Positions 50,891 to 63,604 of a stretch of 64,000 nt of DNA are shown here, in pieces. The position numbers were made by a program, and so were the translations under genes. This stretch comes from Octopus vulgaris. Taxonomy: Eukaryota. Position 1 is the first letter of the stretch, and every line of letters begins with the position of its first letter. A model generated the notes under the pieces. It was given only the letters and a program-made list of their open reading frames with translations. It searched no databases and was not told the DNA's origin. Location: contig OX597830.1 of assembly GCA_951406725.2 (NCBI GenBank), positions 4,650,001-4,714,000 of the forward strand, read 5' to 3'.

Positions 50891-53861
50891 ATATTTTCTT
50901 GTAACTTTCTGTCTGTGATGTGATATTTAACAGCAACCATCATTAATCATTTATTCCACCAGAAATCTGACACCAATGTAAGTTTCCCATTCTTTGAGGT
51001 GATTTGCTGGAAATAAAGAACCTGAAATTTTATCTGCTGTCTGTAATTAGTTGTCAAACATAATGGTGTAATATCTAGCCAGCTCCACTGTCAAGATAAT
51101 ACAGAAGTTGAATTTGCTTTAGAGAGTAAATCTACCCATGAAAGGAGTACAATAAGACTGGATGTACTCCACACTTAGTTAATTGCTGTGAACAGTTACT
51201 AAATCTGAGTTACTAAAGAAAATAAAAAGATAAGCTACAATGCTTACTAGATGGAAATAGAATTTGACAATATCAACAAAATCTGCAGTAGCCATTTTGA
51301 GAACAGCTGTAGGTTTTTAAAATGTCAATAATAATAATAATAATAATAATAATGATAATAATTAATAATTATAAGACGAAGAAGACTGTTACTGTTGGAT
51401 GTTTTAATTTAATAAAATCATCTGATGAGATTTATTTTCAGTCTATCAGGTTAGTTTGAAAAGGTTAATTTTTGCAACAGCAAACTTTAATCTTAAGTAC
51501 TTAAAGAAAACTACCAATGCTGTGAAGAAGAGAAGAAATATTCTCCAGTACACTCGATTAACTTATAGAACAATGTGATAGCTTTACACTATTCATGTTT
51601 AGAGAAGAAACTAAAGAATTTTTTAAAAAATTATTTGAAGTATTTCATATTATACACAATTATTAATAGTGTGTTTGAATATATTTCCACAAATCTTTGA
51701 AGTTTCTTTTGACAGGTATAGCAACTAGTAACCGATTAAGTGGGCTGGATACTGGTCTATTAGTTCATATCTACCAATCTACTAATATAACTAGTGCTGT
51801 GTCTCCTGCACTCTCCCTGTCCCTCCCTCTGACAATGTGCATCAAAGGCAATTAGCTGTTATAATACTATCTCCACCATCCTCTCCACCACTATCGTAAT
51901 AACCACCACAAATGTCAGAAAATTCTCTGATTGTTTTGTAGCAAATTTTTCATTTCTTTATTCTACAAAATAATTTTTGAATTAATGATTTTTGTAATTA
52001 TGAAGACATATACGTCATTCCAATTTCATATTAATTTAATGCAATATCATGCTTATGCTAAAAATTAATTATTCTTTCAATTTAGAAAATACTGACACAT
52101 TCAGAGAAACGTGAAAATATTCAATAATTATAGAAATGAATTAATGAGGGAGTATGTTTATTAATTTATTTGATAAGGGCAGACCCATATATTTGTAGTT
52201 GGGTGTGTTTGTGTGTGTGTGGGGGGGTGATATTAATTTGATTTGATTCTCAGCATATTACTGATATTTCTCTAATCACTTGTAGAGAGATGAAAGTCAG
52301 TTAAACTCATTGAAATTTGAATTCACAACATAAAGGGAGAAAAGTAAACATCTGAGTCAAATCACTGCCACTAGGGGGCTCTTGAAATCTTCAACCAATA
52401 TTTTCCATTCTTCCTTGTCATATGTTTTCAGGCCCTGACTAGTTTGTTATGGAATTAAATACTAGTATAATTTCCATTCCAATATTTCAATGGATCTAGT
52501 GGCACCCCTCCTAGTGGCACCCATCTCCTCTCCAGAATTACAGGTATCAATAATTTTGACGAAGCTTATCTGCTTTTGATATATTTTACTTTTGTAATCC
52601 TGCTGGTACTAACAGACCTTCCCCACCAGGCAAGCCAAGTAAGGGAACAGTTTCGACGTCAACCATTCAACCATAAACGGGAACTACAAGGTTGTGTGGT
52701 CATCAGTGGCAGGTTTCCTTCAGCCTCTGGTAGAAGTCATCTTCACCTGACAATCTAAAGTAAATATTGCTTAAAATTAAATATGTTAATTACATGTTAA
52801 CTTAATATATGCAGGAATCATCAAAGCAATTAGCTAAAACTTGAATGTTTCGATATTATTCTAACCTCTTCAGTGAGATACAACCTTTAATGTACTCAAC
52901 AAAGTCATATTGAAAATATTGACTCATTCACTGCATATGACTGGAAATCTATCAGTGTAGGAAATTCAATATAGAAATAAACTAACTGCTGGAATTAGAT
53001 GTAAGACTTGACTGTTTCTGCCATAATAAGGAATTTTTACACATTGGCACAAGGCAACATATGTTAATTGGGGTTGAGTACAGTTAATTAGTTGCATAAC
53101 CACTCCTTCTTTAATTGGTCCGGGAGAGATCAAAAGCAAAACTGCCTCCTAATTATGTTTGAAATCTGACAGATAAAAGTAGCTAATACTAGGCATTAAA
53201 TCCGACACACATCTATTTCTATATCTCAACCTTCGTATTACAGAAACAAATTATTAATGAACTCAATCTTAGGTAGATTGTAGTTCTTAAAGACATTCTC
53301 TGGTGGTGCCAATTTACATCTGATATATTGGCTTCAAGAAAACAGCAGTGAGGAGTTTCTTTTTTAAATGAATTAGCAAGAAAGAGCTGGAAAGAAAAAG
53401 GAAAGAAAATGTTGTTAGTTGTAGAGTTGAAAGAAAAGATATTAAAGTTTAATAGGAAGTATGTTGTGTGTTGAAAAAGAGTGTTAAGATGAAAGCGATT
53501 ATCTGAAAGAAGGCGATACAATTTCTAAGTGGAAAAGTAGAAATATATGTAGAATATTAAGTGTCTGGCATCACCTTTATGAATAAATCACTATTGCAGA
53601 TATTAGCATAATTGTTAAATAATGATAAATGCTAACGAGAATTAGAGCATGATCACACATAAATACATACAGAGACAAATCATACATATGTACGTATGTA
53701 CATACATACATACATACTTACACACATACATATGTACGTATGTACATACATACATACATACTTACACACATACATACCTACATACATATATATATATACA
53801 TACATACGTACGTACATACATATATAGATACATGCTTGCATACTTACCTACATACATACAT

Positions 53862-54180
53862 CTTTTGCTTGTTTCAGTCATTTAACTGTGGCCATGCTGG
53901 AGCACCACCTTCAAGCATTTTTAGCCAAATGGATCAGCCCCAGTCCTTTTTTACTTTTTAACTCTTACACTTATTCTGTCAGCCTCTTTTGTTGAAAACA
54001 CCAACACTGGTTGGCAAGCAACAATGGGGACGAACACACATATATACGTGATGGAGTTCAACCAAATCCACTCGAGGTTTTGGTCATCCAGGGGCTATAG
54101 TAGAAGACAAACAGTGGCTCTGAACCCAGAACCATGCTGTTGGGAAGCAAGCTTCTTACCACACAGCTACGCCTGCACCT
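53862..54180 (-). mobile_element. SINE family B copy
   Basis: cttgtttcagtcatttaactgtggccatgctggagcacc...gaacccagaaccatgc...gcttcttaccacacagc. Confidence 0.75.
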
Positions 54181-54797
54181 ATATATATATCGTAAATATG
54201 AGGGTAATGAATTAAAATACTTTATAGCCAGTGGCTGGTTGGCATAAATAAGAGTCAGAGGAGATAAGATGTTTTTAAAAATATAAAAGTGTATAGAATC
54301 TTTCTCAACACAAAGAGGAGACCTTTGACAGAACTCCTTCCATGCTAAAAAGGCCAGTTAAAACCTAAACCATGAAAAGAATTCATGAAAGACTCTAGAC
54401 ACTTTTATATTTTTTTAATATATATGTATGTATATGTATGCATATGTATATAGCTTTTGTCAGTGATTAGACTGCAGCCATGCTGGTTTTTATTCAATCA
54501 AATCAGTCCCAGTATAAGTCTGGAACTTATTCTATTAGTTTCTCTTTGTCAAACTGCTAAGTTACAGAGACATACAGACATTCACACACACATACACACA
54601 CACACATAATAGGCTTGGGCTTCACATAGTTTCCATCTGCCACATTAACTGACAAGGTATTGAGTGATTTGAGAGGCACATACACAGAATACTGTTCTGT
54701 GAAACTGAACCAGACATTATGAAGCTGTACATACATGCACTTACATATACATCATATAATACATACATACATACACACATATGTGTGTGTGAGTGTG

Positions 54798-54849
<52 letters not shown>

Positions 54850-54854
54850 TGCAC

Positions 54855-55012
54855 TCTGTGGGGTGGTTGGTGTTAGGAAGGGCATCCAGCTGTAGAAAAG
54901 CATACCAAAACAGACACAGGAGTCTGGTGCAGTCTTCTGCTGAGCCAGTTCCGTCATGTTGTCCAACCCATGCCAGCATGGTAGGCAGATGTTAAACGAT
55001 GATGATGATGAT
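54855..55012 (+). mobile_element. RTE 3' terminus with (GAT)n tail
   Basis: gtggttggtgttaggaagggcatccagctgtagaaaa...gtccaacccatgccagcatgg...gttaaacgatgatgatg. Confidence 0.8.
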
Positions 55013-55196
55013 GCACATACTTACACAAATACAAAGTGTATAAATCGCTGTGTGTGTGTGTGTGTGTGTATGCAGGCAGACAGACACACAGACTGACAGA
55101 TAGAAGTAAAGAGAGAGAGAATATAAACTTGTAAACATGTATGTCTAACATAGGTGTGAAAGTATGTGAACCCTTTTCTCTAAATAGTGTTGTTAT

Positions 55197-55470
55197 TTCT
55201 TCTTCTTCTTCCTCTTCCACTTATTCTTCTTCCTCCTCTTCTTCTTCTTTTTCTCCGTCTTCTTCTTCCTCTTCCACTTATTCTTCTTCTTCTCCGTCTT
55301 CTTCTTCCTCTTCCACTTATTCTTCTTCTTCCTCTTCCTCTTCCTCCTCCTCCTCCTCCTCTTCTTATTCTTCTTCTTATTCCTCTTCCACTTATTCTTC
55401 TTCCTCCTCCTCCTCTTCTTCTTCTTCTACTTATTCCTCTTCCACTTCTTCTTCTTCCTCCTCATCCTCT
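55197..55470. repeat. (TCT/TCC)n polypyrimidine tract
   Basis: Near-pure C/T trinucleotide repeats with a recurring tccacttat; gives poly-Ser and Leu/Pro pseudo-ORFs. Confidence 0.95.
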
Positions 55471-56019
55471 GCCTCTTTTCTTTTCATCGGTTGTCAGGTT
55501 TCATTGAAAGCAGCAAGATATGGTGTAAATAGGCCTTAAAACACTTGAGAGGATTAACAGAAGGAGATTTAAGTAAAAGAGTCTAAAGGGTCGCAACCAG
55601 ACAGTAGTTGATTCTTGTTGCAAAGATTGCTAATAGCCTCAGCTGCAAAATTAACCACTTCAGTTATTTCCTTTGGCTCAAGTTTTGATAATTAGACAAA
55701 TTACGCAGGGCTTAGACCATTGTAATTCCTTGTAATATTGTCTATCAACTATTTTTTGCTGATGCTGTTTAAATATGATCAAAACAACTCTTCTTTTACT
55801 TGTTTCACTCATAAGACTGTGACCATTCCTTGCAGAATTTTAGTTGAATGAATTGACACTCGTTCATTTTTTCCCAAACCTGGTACCTATTCTGTCAGTC
55901 TCTCCTGCCAAACTGCTAAGTTTTGGGGACATAAACAAACCAACAACAGCTGTCAAGCAGTGGTGGGAGGCAAACACAAAGACACACACACACATGCCAA
56001 CTATTTTGCCTCTATGTCT

Positions 56020-56190
56020 GTACACACCTTTCAAAGTTATGTATGCCATAAAGTCTGCAAATCTAACAGAGGCCTCAAAAGACATTTTAAGATCCACAAA
56101 TATCAGAACATAACTGCAGCTGTTGGTGGTCCAACTCAGACATGCAATCTGTGTGAAGCCACATCAGATGCCATGATGGATCTAAGATGT
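56020..56190 (+). pseudogene. Degenerate C2H2 zinc-finger fragment, probably the C-terminus of an RTE-type LINE ORF
   Basis: HTFQSYVCHKVCKSNRGLKRHFKIH followed by TCNLC; the first Cys is replaced by Ser. Confidence 0.5.
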
Positions 56191-56480
56191 AGGTAGAGAA
56201 AGTGTTCAAACTCTGCATAAGAAGTAGACAACCAGTGTGTGTGTGTATATATATATATATGTGTGTGTGTGTGCACATATATATATATATATGCAGTAAG
56301 TAGGTAAGAGCTAGAGATGCTGAATATAGGGAACAAGTAGTAGAGCTCAAATGATATGAGCTTAAATGCTAAAGTCATTATCACAGAGTAAAGAGTGGCT
56401 ATAAGAGAAATCGAGGGGAGCTGATATTAAGACAGTGATGCAGACAAACAGGATTCAGCTTCATATATATATATATGGAT

Positions 56481-56519
<39 letters not shown>

Positions 56520-56550
56520 TATTATTAGTATTTGATGATGTAATTGATTT

Positions 56551-56590
56551 GTTCATCAATAAAGACATGTCTGAAACAGCTGTAATGAAC
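56551..56590 (+). ncRNA. Fossil hammerhead-like motif
   Basis: GTTCAT-caataa-AGACATGTCT-GAAACAGCTGTA-ATGAAC: perfect 6-bp stem I, palindromic stems II and III, CUGAUGA box decayed. Confidence 0.35.
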
Positions 56591-56613
56591 CTAACCCTTT
56601 TGCCTTATATGTA

Positions 56614-56718
<105 letters not shown>

Positions 56719-56742
56719 CAAGAGAGAAAGCATAGTATTTTT

Positions 56743-56793
56743 AACTCAACAGCTGTTTCTAGGAGCTCAGAATTACCTACTTATCATAATGTT
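56743..56793 (-). ncRNA. Fossil hammerhead-like motif
   Basis: Minus strand AACATT-ATGATAA-G-TAGG taattctgagct CCTA-GAAACAGCTGTT-GAGTT. Confidence 0.35.
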
Positions 56794-57168
56794 CATAATT
56801 AGCAAAATGTGCAAATAGTCAAAGATATGCAACCAGTAAATGGTCACACAGAGACATTACCATATGACCAGCTTTCTTCATCAGGAGAAAAAAATCAGCA
56901 AAGATATATGTGACAGGCTTCTTTCAGTTTCCATTTACCATAACCACTTTCAAGACTTTGGTCAGCTTAAGTCTATGGCAGAAGACACTTGCCACTTGCA
57001 CATACAGATATAATCCCAAACGTTTTTGGTGTATATGCTTTCTATGCTGATAGAATTTAGCTTTCCTTCCTCTTCCCACTGGTATAAATGGCAAATGTAT
57101 TTCCTTCTTGTAATGAGTAGTATTTCAAATCACCAAAAGCTATACTTACTGAGAACAAATATCTCAAA

Positions 57169-57204
<36 letters not shown>

Positions 57205-57613
57205 TGTGCATGTAGGCTTAAATTCATAATCCTTTCTAATGTAGTATTAATATTAAATATTGATTTTAATCAAGCAGTTAATCATCCTTATCTAATCATT
57301 GGAATCTGTGACGAATTATGTGAATCGTATAGTGAAAGGAATTAAGCCATTATTTGTATAAATGATAGGAAACTTTGTTGGAATGGTTTAATTAAAATGA
57401 CATCAGAATTGGCTAACTTACCGCTTAACTGCCAATATGTCAACATTATTCTAGACAACTATTTTTCTTCAAGAAAAATATCGGAATCTGTCAAATATAT
57501 ATATATAATATAAGGATGAAATCTATATAAAAATTCATCAAGTTGCCAGCGTGAAAAACCTAGTTTAAGAGAAAATAAAAACTAAGTATATAATTTTTCC
57601 TTTAAATATAAAT

Positions 57614-57876
57614 ACATTATTTATATTAAGGGCTATTACTACAAATAAATGCCTCCCACTGTAATGGGACTCTAAAGTCAAATGATTGGAGAGCATATAA
57701 TACATACTGACCATGAAATCTTTAATGGTATGCAACTAAATCTGTTTCTGAAGGGTAACTTCCATGTTTAATTCCCTTGCTTTCAGTGCCGTGTATATTT
57801 ATTGAAGTAGTTTGACTTTAGAGTCCCATTACAGCATGAAGCATTTAATTATAGTAATAGCCCTTAATATAAATAA

Positions 57877-57879
<3 letters not shown>
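57614..57879. mobile_element. Fold-back element with ~69-bp arms and a hammerhead-like remnant in the spacer
   Basis: Arms 57614-57682 / 57811-57879. Spacer on the minus strand reads ggca-CTGAAAGC-AAGGG...CCCTT-ca-GAAACAGATTTA-gttgc. Confidence 0.7.
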
Positions 57880-57907
<28 letters not shown>

Positions 57908-57909
<2 letters not shown>

Positions 57910-58230
57910 TAGCGTCCGCTTTCCATGCTAGCATGGGTTGGACGGGTCAACTGGGGTCTGTGAAGCTGGAAGGCTTCGTCAGGCCCAGTCAGATCTGGCA
58001 GTTTTTCTACGGCTGGATGCCCTTCCTAACACCAACCACTCCGCGAGTGTAGTGGGTGTTTTTTACGTGCCACCTGCACTGGTGCCAGACAGAGCTGGCG
58101 AACGGCCACGAACAAATGGTGCTTTTACGTGTCACCGGCACGGGGCCAGGCGATGCTGGCAACGGACACGAACGGATGGTGCTTTTACATGCCACCGACA
58201 CGGGGCCAGACAGAGCTGGCAAACGGCCAT
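57908..58230 (-). mobile_element. RTE LINE 3' UTR copy (same family as 10647-12206)
   Basis: Closely similar to 10670-10990, including the gtgcttttacgtgccaccggcac repeats; sits between (TA)n runs. Confidence 0.9.
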
Positions 58231-58429
58231 GAATATATATATATACCCACAAACACACACACACACACACACAGATATATGTGGTTAAACAGCCCAACAA
58301 GCTAGGTTTCTGTAGGAGGCCAATGTAACTTTTGGTTGCATGGGACCAAATCAAAGACAGGCAGACAAACAGATAGATAGTTATGCATTTACATTTGTGT
58401 GTATACATATATAAGTATTTATATTTTGT

Positions 58430-58616
58430 GTAGTCCAGTCTTGGCAAGAAGAACAGTATCATCAGCATACCTTAGACATGAAAAATGCAAGCCATGTATT
58501 TCGATGTCATTCTCTTCTTCTAGTATTGCTTTTTGCATTATCCACTCAGTGTAGATGTTGATCAAGTATGGAGAAAGAATACAGCCCTGACAAATTCTTT
58601 TTCCATTTTGAAGTTT
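58430..58616 (-). mobile_element. RTE (BovB-like) reverse transcriptase core fragment
   Basis: Translates KRICQGCILSPYLINIYTEWIMQKAILEEENDIEIHGLHFSCLRYADDTVLLAK, containing the QG..LSP and YADD motifs. Confidence 0.9.
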
Positions 58617-58682
58617 ACTGTATTATTATACATATATGTGTGTGAGTGTATGTGTGTGTATTTAGTATATATATATATATAA

Positions 58683-58727
<45 letters not shown>

Positions 58728-59113
58728 TAAAATAGCTTGATCTGACTCCATGCAACTTAACATAAAGAAATGATAATGAGAGAAAATTTTGTAAATACAT
58801 TTCCAAACTTGCACCATATATTGACCACAAAAAATAATCTAATATTAGGAAATATAGTTAATACATGGTGAGAGCTTATAATTATGTTTGCAAAATTTTC
58901 TCATGTCACCATTTCTTGACTTCCTCAGAATACACATGCGTGCACACACATACACACACACATTTGTATTTCTGTATATACTCTGTTGCAGTTGTTTAAA
59001 CAATGTTAATAATTTTCTTTCTTTTGTGTGTTTTCTTTTTGCAGAATCCCTATGTTTGATCCACTGTAGATATGCAATAGACAAGAGATTTGCTGAGTTT
59101 TGCCTGCCACTTG

Positions 59114-59234
59114 ATGAGCATGGAAGATGGAAAGTACCGAAGGAGAAGAAAAGTAGACACAACCAGAAGATTGCTTCTAATTTTAATGTGTTGTTATTCT
59201 ACCATGGGTCAACAAGTGTACCGATGGAAAACAG
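59114..59234 (+). CDS. THSD7A: First coding exon of a secreted/membrane thrombospondin type-1 repeat protein, THSD7A/B-like (whole exon 59045-59234)
   Basis: Strong acceptor ttttctttttgcag|59045 and donor acag|gtgaga. Encodes MSMEDGKYRRRRKVDTTRRLLLILMCCYSTMGQQVYRWKT-G: basic n-region, hydrophobic core, then YRWKTG, matching the YLWKTG start of vertebrate THSD7A with a phase-1 intron in the Gly codon. The identification rests on a short motif recalled from memory. Confidence 0.6.
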
Positions 59235-59507
59235 GTGAGATACATGACAGTTTAACCATTTTTACCAACACACTTTCATTGACAAATAGTTCGGCATTTT
59301 GTAAGACATTATTCTACGATTACTCTAAAGAAAGCTGTTTTTTCCTTCCTTATTTTTAAAAAAATTGTATATTGAGCTTTGCAAGTTAGAACATGGCTTA
59401 CCAATGATTTGATGCTCATAGAATAAGATCATAATATTAGTTAGGCCTGGCTTTATTTATTAGGATATGGTTGTATGATATGTAAGCTAGATTAGAAAGA
59501 GAGGGCT

Positions 59508-60098
59508 ATCATCATCATCATCATCATCATCATCATTGTTTAACATCCGCTTTCTATGCTAGGACTGGCAAACCAGATGGCTGCACCAGGTTCCGATCTA
59601 ATCTGGCAGAGTTTCTACAGCTGGATGCCCTTCCTAACACTAGCCACTCCAAGAGTGTAGTGGGTGCTTTTACATGCCACTGGCATGAGGGCCAGTCAGG
59701 CGCTGGCAGAATCGTTAGCACGCCGGGCGAAATGCATAGCCGTACTTCGTCTGTCGCTACGTTGTGAGTTCAAATTCTGCCGAGGTAAACTTTGCCTTTC
59801 ATCCTTTCGGGGTCGATAAATTAAGTACCAGTTACGCACTGGGGTCGATGTAATCGACTTAATACCTATGTCTGTCCTTGTTTGTCCCCTCTGTGTTTAG
59901 CCCCTTGTGGGTAATAAAGAAATAGGTACTGGCAACGGCCATGCTCAAATGGTGCTTTTTACATGCCACATGCACAGGAGCCAGTCCAGCGGCACTGGCA
60001 ATGACCTCGCTCGAATGTTTTTCCATGTGCCACCGGCACAAGTGCCAGTAAGGCAACACTGGTAACAATTACACCCGAATTGTGCTTTTTATGTGCCG
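59508..60098 (-). mobile_element. RTE 3' UTR copy interrupted by a SINE
   Basis: (cat)n tail, ctacagctggatgcccttcctaac..., and gtgcttttacatgccac repeats that resume after 59925. Confidence 0.85.
59703..59924 (+). mobile_element. SINE family A nested in the RTE 3' UTR
   Basis: ctggcagaatcgttagcacgccgggcgaaatg...gtaataaagaaatag; nearly identical to 28910-29136. Confidence 0.9.
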
Positions 60099-60099
60099 T

Positions 60100-60465
60100 A
60101 TTTGGTCAAATATGGTTGTGTTATTAAAGAAGTGGTTTATGATGAATCAGACATGATTGTATGACTAAGACAAGGCTGCAGCTTGACACACTTGATTAAT
60201 TAAAAGCGGATTCTGTGATTTGTAAGATCTCTTTATTTGGATATTAAGATATGGTTTATGATAAGTCAAATATGGTTCCATGTTAATTAAGATGTAGTTG
60301 AATGACAATTAAGACATGGTTGCATGTTGTATGGCGTGTTTGTATGATAAGATGTTGAATGATATTTCAGGCATAGTGACTGATTGGTTAAGCATAGTTT
60401 ACAATAAGACAAGATTAATATATGGCTATATGATAATTAATAATAATGTGATTAGTTAAGATATT
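60100..60465. repeat. Degenerate ~22-bp minisatellite
   Basis: Recurring aattaagaYatggttgtatgat-like units. Confidence 0.6.
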
Positions 60466-60499
60466 ACATTCTTCATTTAACATTAATTTTAAACTGAAG

Positions 60500-60710
60500 A
60501 CAGTGAGCTGGCAGAATTGTAAGCATGCCAGGCAAAATGTTCAGCACCGTTTTGTCCTTCTTTATATTCTGAGTTCAAATTCTGCCGAGGTCGGCTTTGG
60601 CTCCTTTTAGAGTCAATAAAACAAGTGCCAGTTGAATACTGGAGTCGATGTAATTGACTTATCCCCACCTCTGAAATTGCCTGCCTTGTGCCAAAATCTG
60701 AAACCAATAT
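60500..60710 (+). mobile_element. SINE family A variant
   Basis: gtgagctggcagaattg...gagttcaaattctgccgaggtcggctttgg...gccttgtgccaaaatctgaaacc. Confidence 0.75.
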
Positions 60711-61419
60711 TAATTATCAACTTTATTTATGATAACTGGTGTTTCTTTTTTCTTTTTAGCCTTGTATAATAGAAACTCTTGTGTAATAATTACCTGTATA
60801 GTATCAGATATTTGCTATTGACAAAATCCATCACAGACGTTTGTTTTCATTATGTCAGCTATTATTCCATACTTTTGCAAAAAAACTTTTAACCCCATCA
60901 CAATAATTGAAAGAATAAATCATTTCCCTCACTAAAGCAGAACTAAGTGATATCAGTTCAATTCAACAATTATATAGAACCATATTCTCTCAATTATTAT
61001 TGCCAGAGTAAATCCCTCGACATATTCCAACAGATCTGAAGAACTCTAAAAGAGAATCCCACCAGCGACTCTTTCCATTTTTCGCTTTTTTTTGTGCCTC
61101 CTTTATATTTGCATGATATCTCTTACTTTATGTCAAAACTATCTTGGAAAAGAAAATAATGTTTAAATTAATGATGTAATTTTTGAGATAAACTTTTTTA
61201 TCAGAGATATAAAATAACTTAAATAAAATATAATATGTAAGTTTATCTTCAATGTATACAAATAAGTTTTATATGGTGTGTATATTCAGACATATGTGGA
61301 TAAATGTGTGTGATTGTGTGTGTGTGTGGAGAGAAAAAAATGGAGATAGGTGGGAGAGAGAGAAACAGCAGGAGAAGGAAAGACATATATTAAGCAATGC
61401 ACAAATGCAAATATAAATA

Positions 61420-61436
61420 TAAATGCATATATATAC

Positions 61437-61469
<33 letters not shown>

Positions 61470-61549
61470 CATATATATATACATACATACATATATATAC
61501 ATATATACATATATATATACATACATACATACATACATACATACATACA

Positions 61550-61585
<36 letters not shown>

Positions 61586-61590
61586 TATAA
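61420..61590. repeat. (TACA)n/(TA)n microsatellite
   Basis: Direct inspection; similar tracts at 47530-47765 and 53690-53860. Confidence 0.95.
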
Positions 61591-63604
61591 TTTAAGAGAG
61601 AATTTCCAACATGTATTAAAGTGACATTTCTCTTCTTTATTCCTATAATATTTTCAGATAGTTTTAGTCGATATTTTTCAGCAAGTGGTTTAGTATTTTG
61701 AGTGCTGGACTCACAATCGCAAGATTGTGGTTTCAATTCCTGGACTGGGTGAGACATTGAGTTCTTGGGCAAGGCACTTCATTTTGCATTGCTCCAGTCC
61801 ACTCAGCAGCCAAAACTGATTATTCTTGCTATAATCCAGTATCCCATCCAGGATGGTGGGGATAGCTACACTACAGAACCCAGCCTTACAAGCTTGTGTG
61901 ACTCAGAAAGAGCTTTCTTTAACTTTAAACAAAATGAGAGAGAGAGAACACACCAAATGAAGAACTTAAGCATGAAAGAAGTTTTCTTGTTTACTTTTTC
62001 TTTCTCATTTTACCACCTGTGATGTAAATGTTCACATTCTATGTAACAAGTCAAAGAGGTATGTTTAACCTGTGAGAAAATAGTAATCAAGTCCCCAACA
62101 AATAACATTGTATTGTCTTAAAGGAGAACTGCATTAGAGAATTGTGGTCTGACAGAGATTAGTATAATTATAGATATTCTATGGCCAAAAAACAAATGGG
62201 AAGGTCATAGTTGGAACATCTTTGATTAGCTGCCTGCTAGATCAAGACTGATTTGAACCAAGACAATAACAATATTAGAACCATTTAAAGGGGCAACATG
62301 ATTTAATGAATATCCTATTCGCTTTCAGCTAATGATAAACTAATGTTAGGGTAAATTAACTTCTAATAGTCTAGCGACCTATCCTTGTGAAATTTATTTC
62401 GTATTCACTTGATACAACATACTTTGAACACAAGGTTATGGTGAGAACTTCACATGTACCCTGTACTCTTAATTAAGACACATAAGCAGACTCTACCTGA
62501 TGCAGTGTGTATGGATGGGGAGTGAGGGATGCGGAGCAAAGCTACACTTTGAGGAATTGCTGATAAACTTCCAATCTGATTCCATCTGCCAAATTCCACT
62601 CCACAGGGTTGGGTTGACCTGAGACAATGGTAGAAGACTAACAGGAATTGTTGTTGCGTGGTGGCATCAAACCTAGAAATACATAATTACGGAGCAAACT
62701 ACTTAACCATCTAACCATACCTACTTCTCTCTCTCTCTCTCTCTCTCACATACCCAACATATGCACACACATACACCAGCACACACAACCAAACAATACA
62801 CAAATTCTTAAAAATAAAAAGATGAAATTTGGAAACAAAGATCAAACTCATTATTCTTAAAATGCAAACAAAAAAACATTTAAAGAAAGGTGGGGGTGGA
62901 GGGGGAGGACATAAACAACAGCTTCCCCCTCCCCCACCTTTTGTCTATTTTTTTTTGGTATCTTCAGTGCATCTCCATCCCGCTGCTCTAATTTGTAAGC
63001 ACGAACGACGACCATTCCTATTGAGTTCTATAGAATATAATTGGTTATTGCAGACGCTGCTATTGACATTTCTGCAATTCATGTCCAATTCCAATAGAGA
63101 AGCGATTGTTATGAGAGAAAATTCTGATTCTAATCATGAACAAATCTTGGAGTAGATTGCTTAAAGAATAAATATAAAATAAACATGTAAAAAAGAAATT
63201 TGAAAAAATATAGATTTCTGGAAATTTTCCTTTTTTTTTTTTCTGTTGTTTTTCTTTGTTAGTATTTTCCCCTCTTGATTCAACAGAAGGAGGAGGCCTT
63301 TTAAGCCTAAAATATGAAAAGACAATGAAAATATTCATAGATTTAAAAGTTCAATCTAAATTAGTGTAAGATGGCAATTAATGACATAACTAGAATAAAC
63401 ACCTTTTATTCTTCAAGTGTTTTGTCAAGTTTTTTGGCAACCTAATTTTTTTTTTTATTATTAGTTTTACAATAAAAATGAAGAACATAGATTTTTTATA
63501 TGGCATTGTTTACCTACAATGATTATTTTGAAGATATATTTTTTTGTATTTCATATATATATATATATTAGTATATGTATGTATGTATTCATGTATGTAC
63601 AGGT

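Noticed and set aside
52640-52710. Minus-strand CTGATGA ... GAAAC resembling a hammerhead
   Set aside because: No stem I complementarity, and stem II does not close next to the core.
55141-55539. Poly-Ser and Leu/Pro ORFs
   Set aside because: Simple (TCT/TCC)n repeat.
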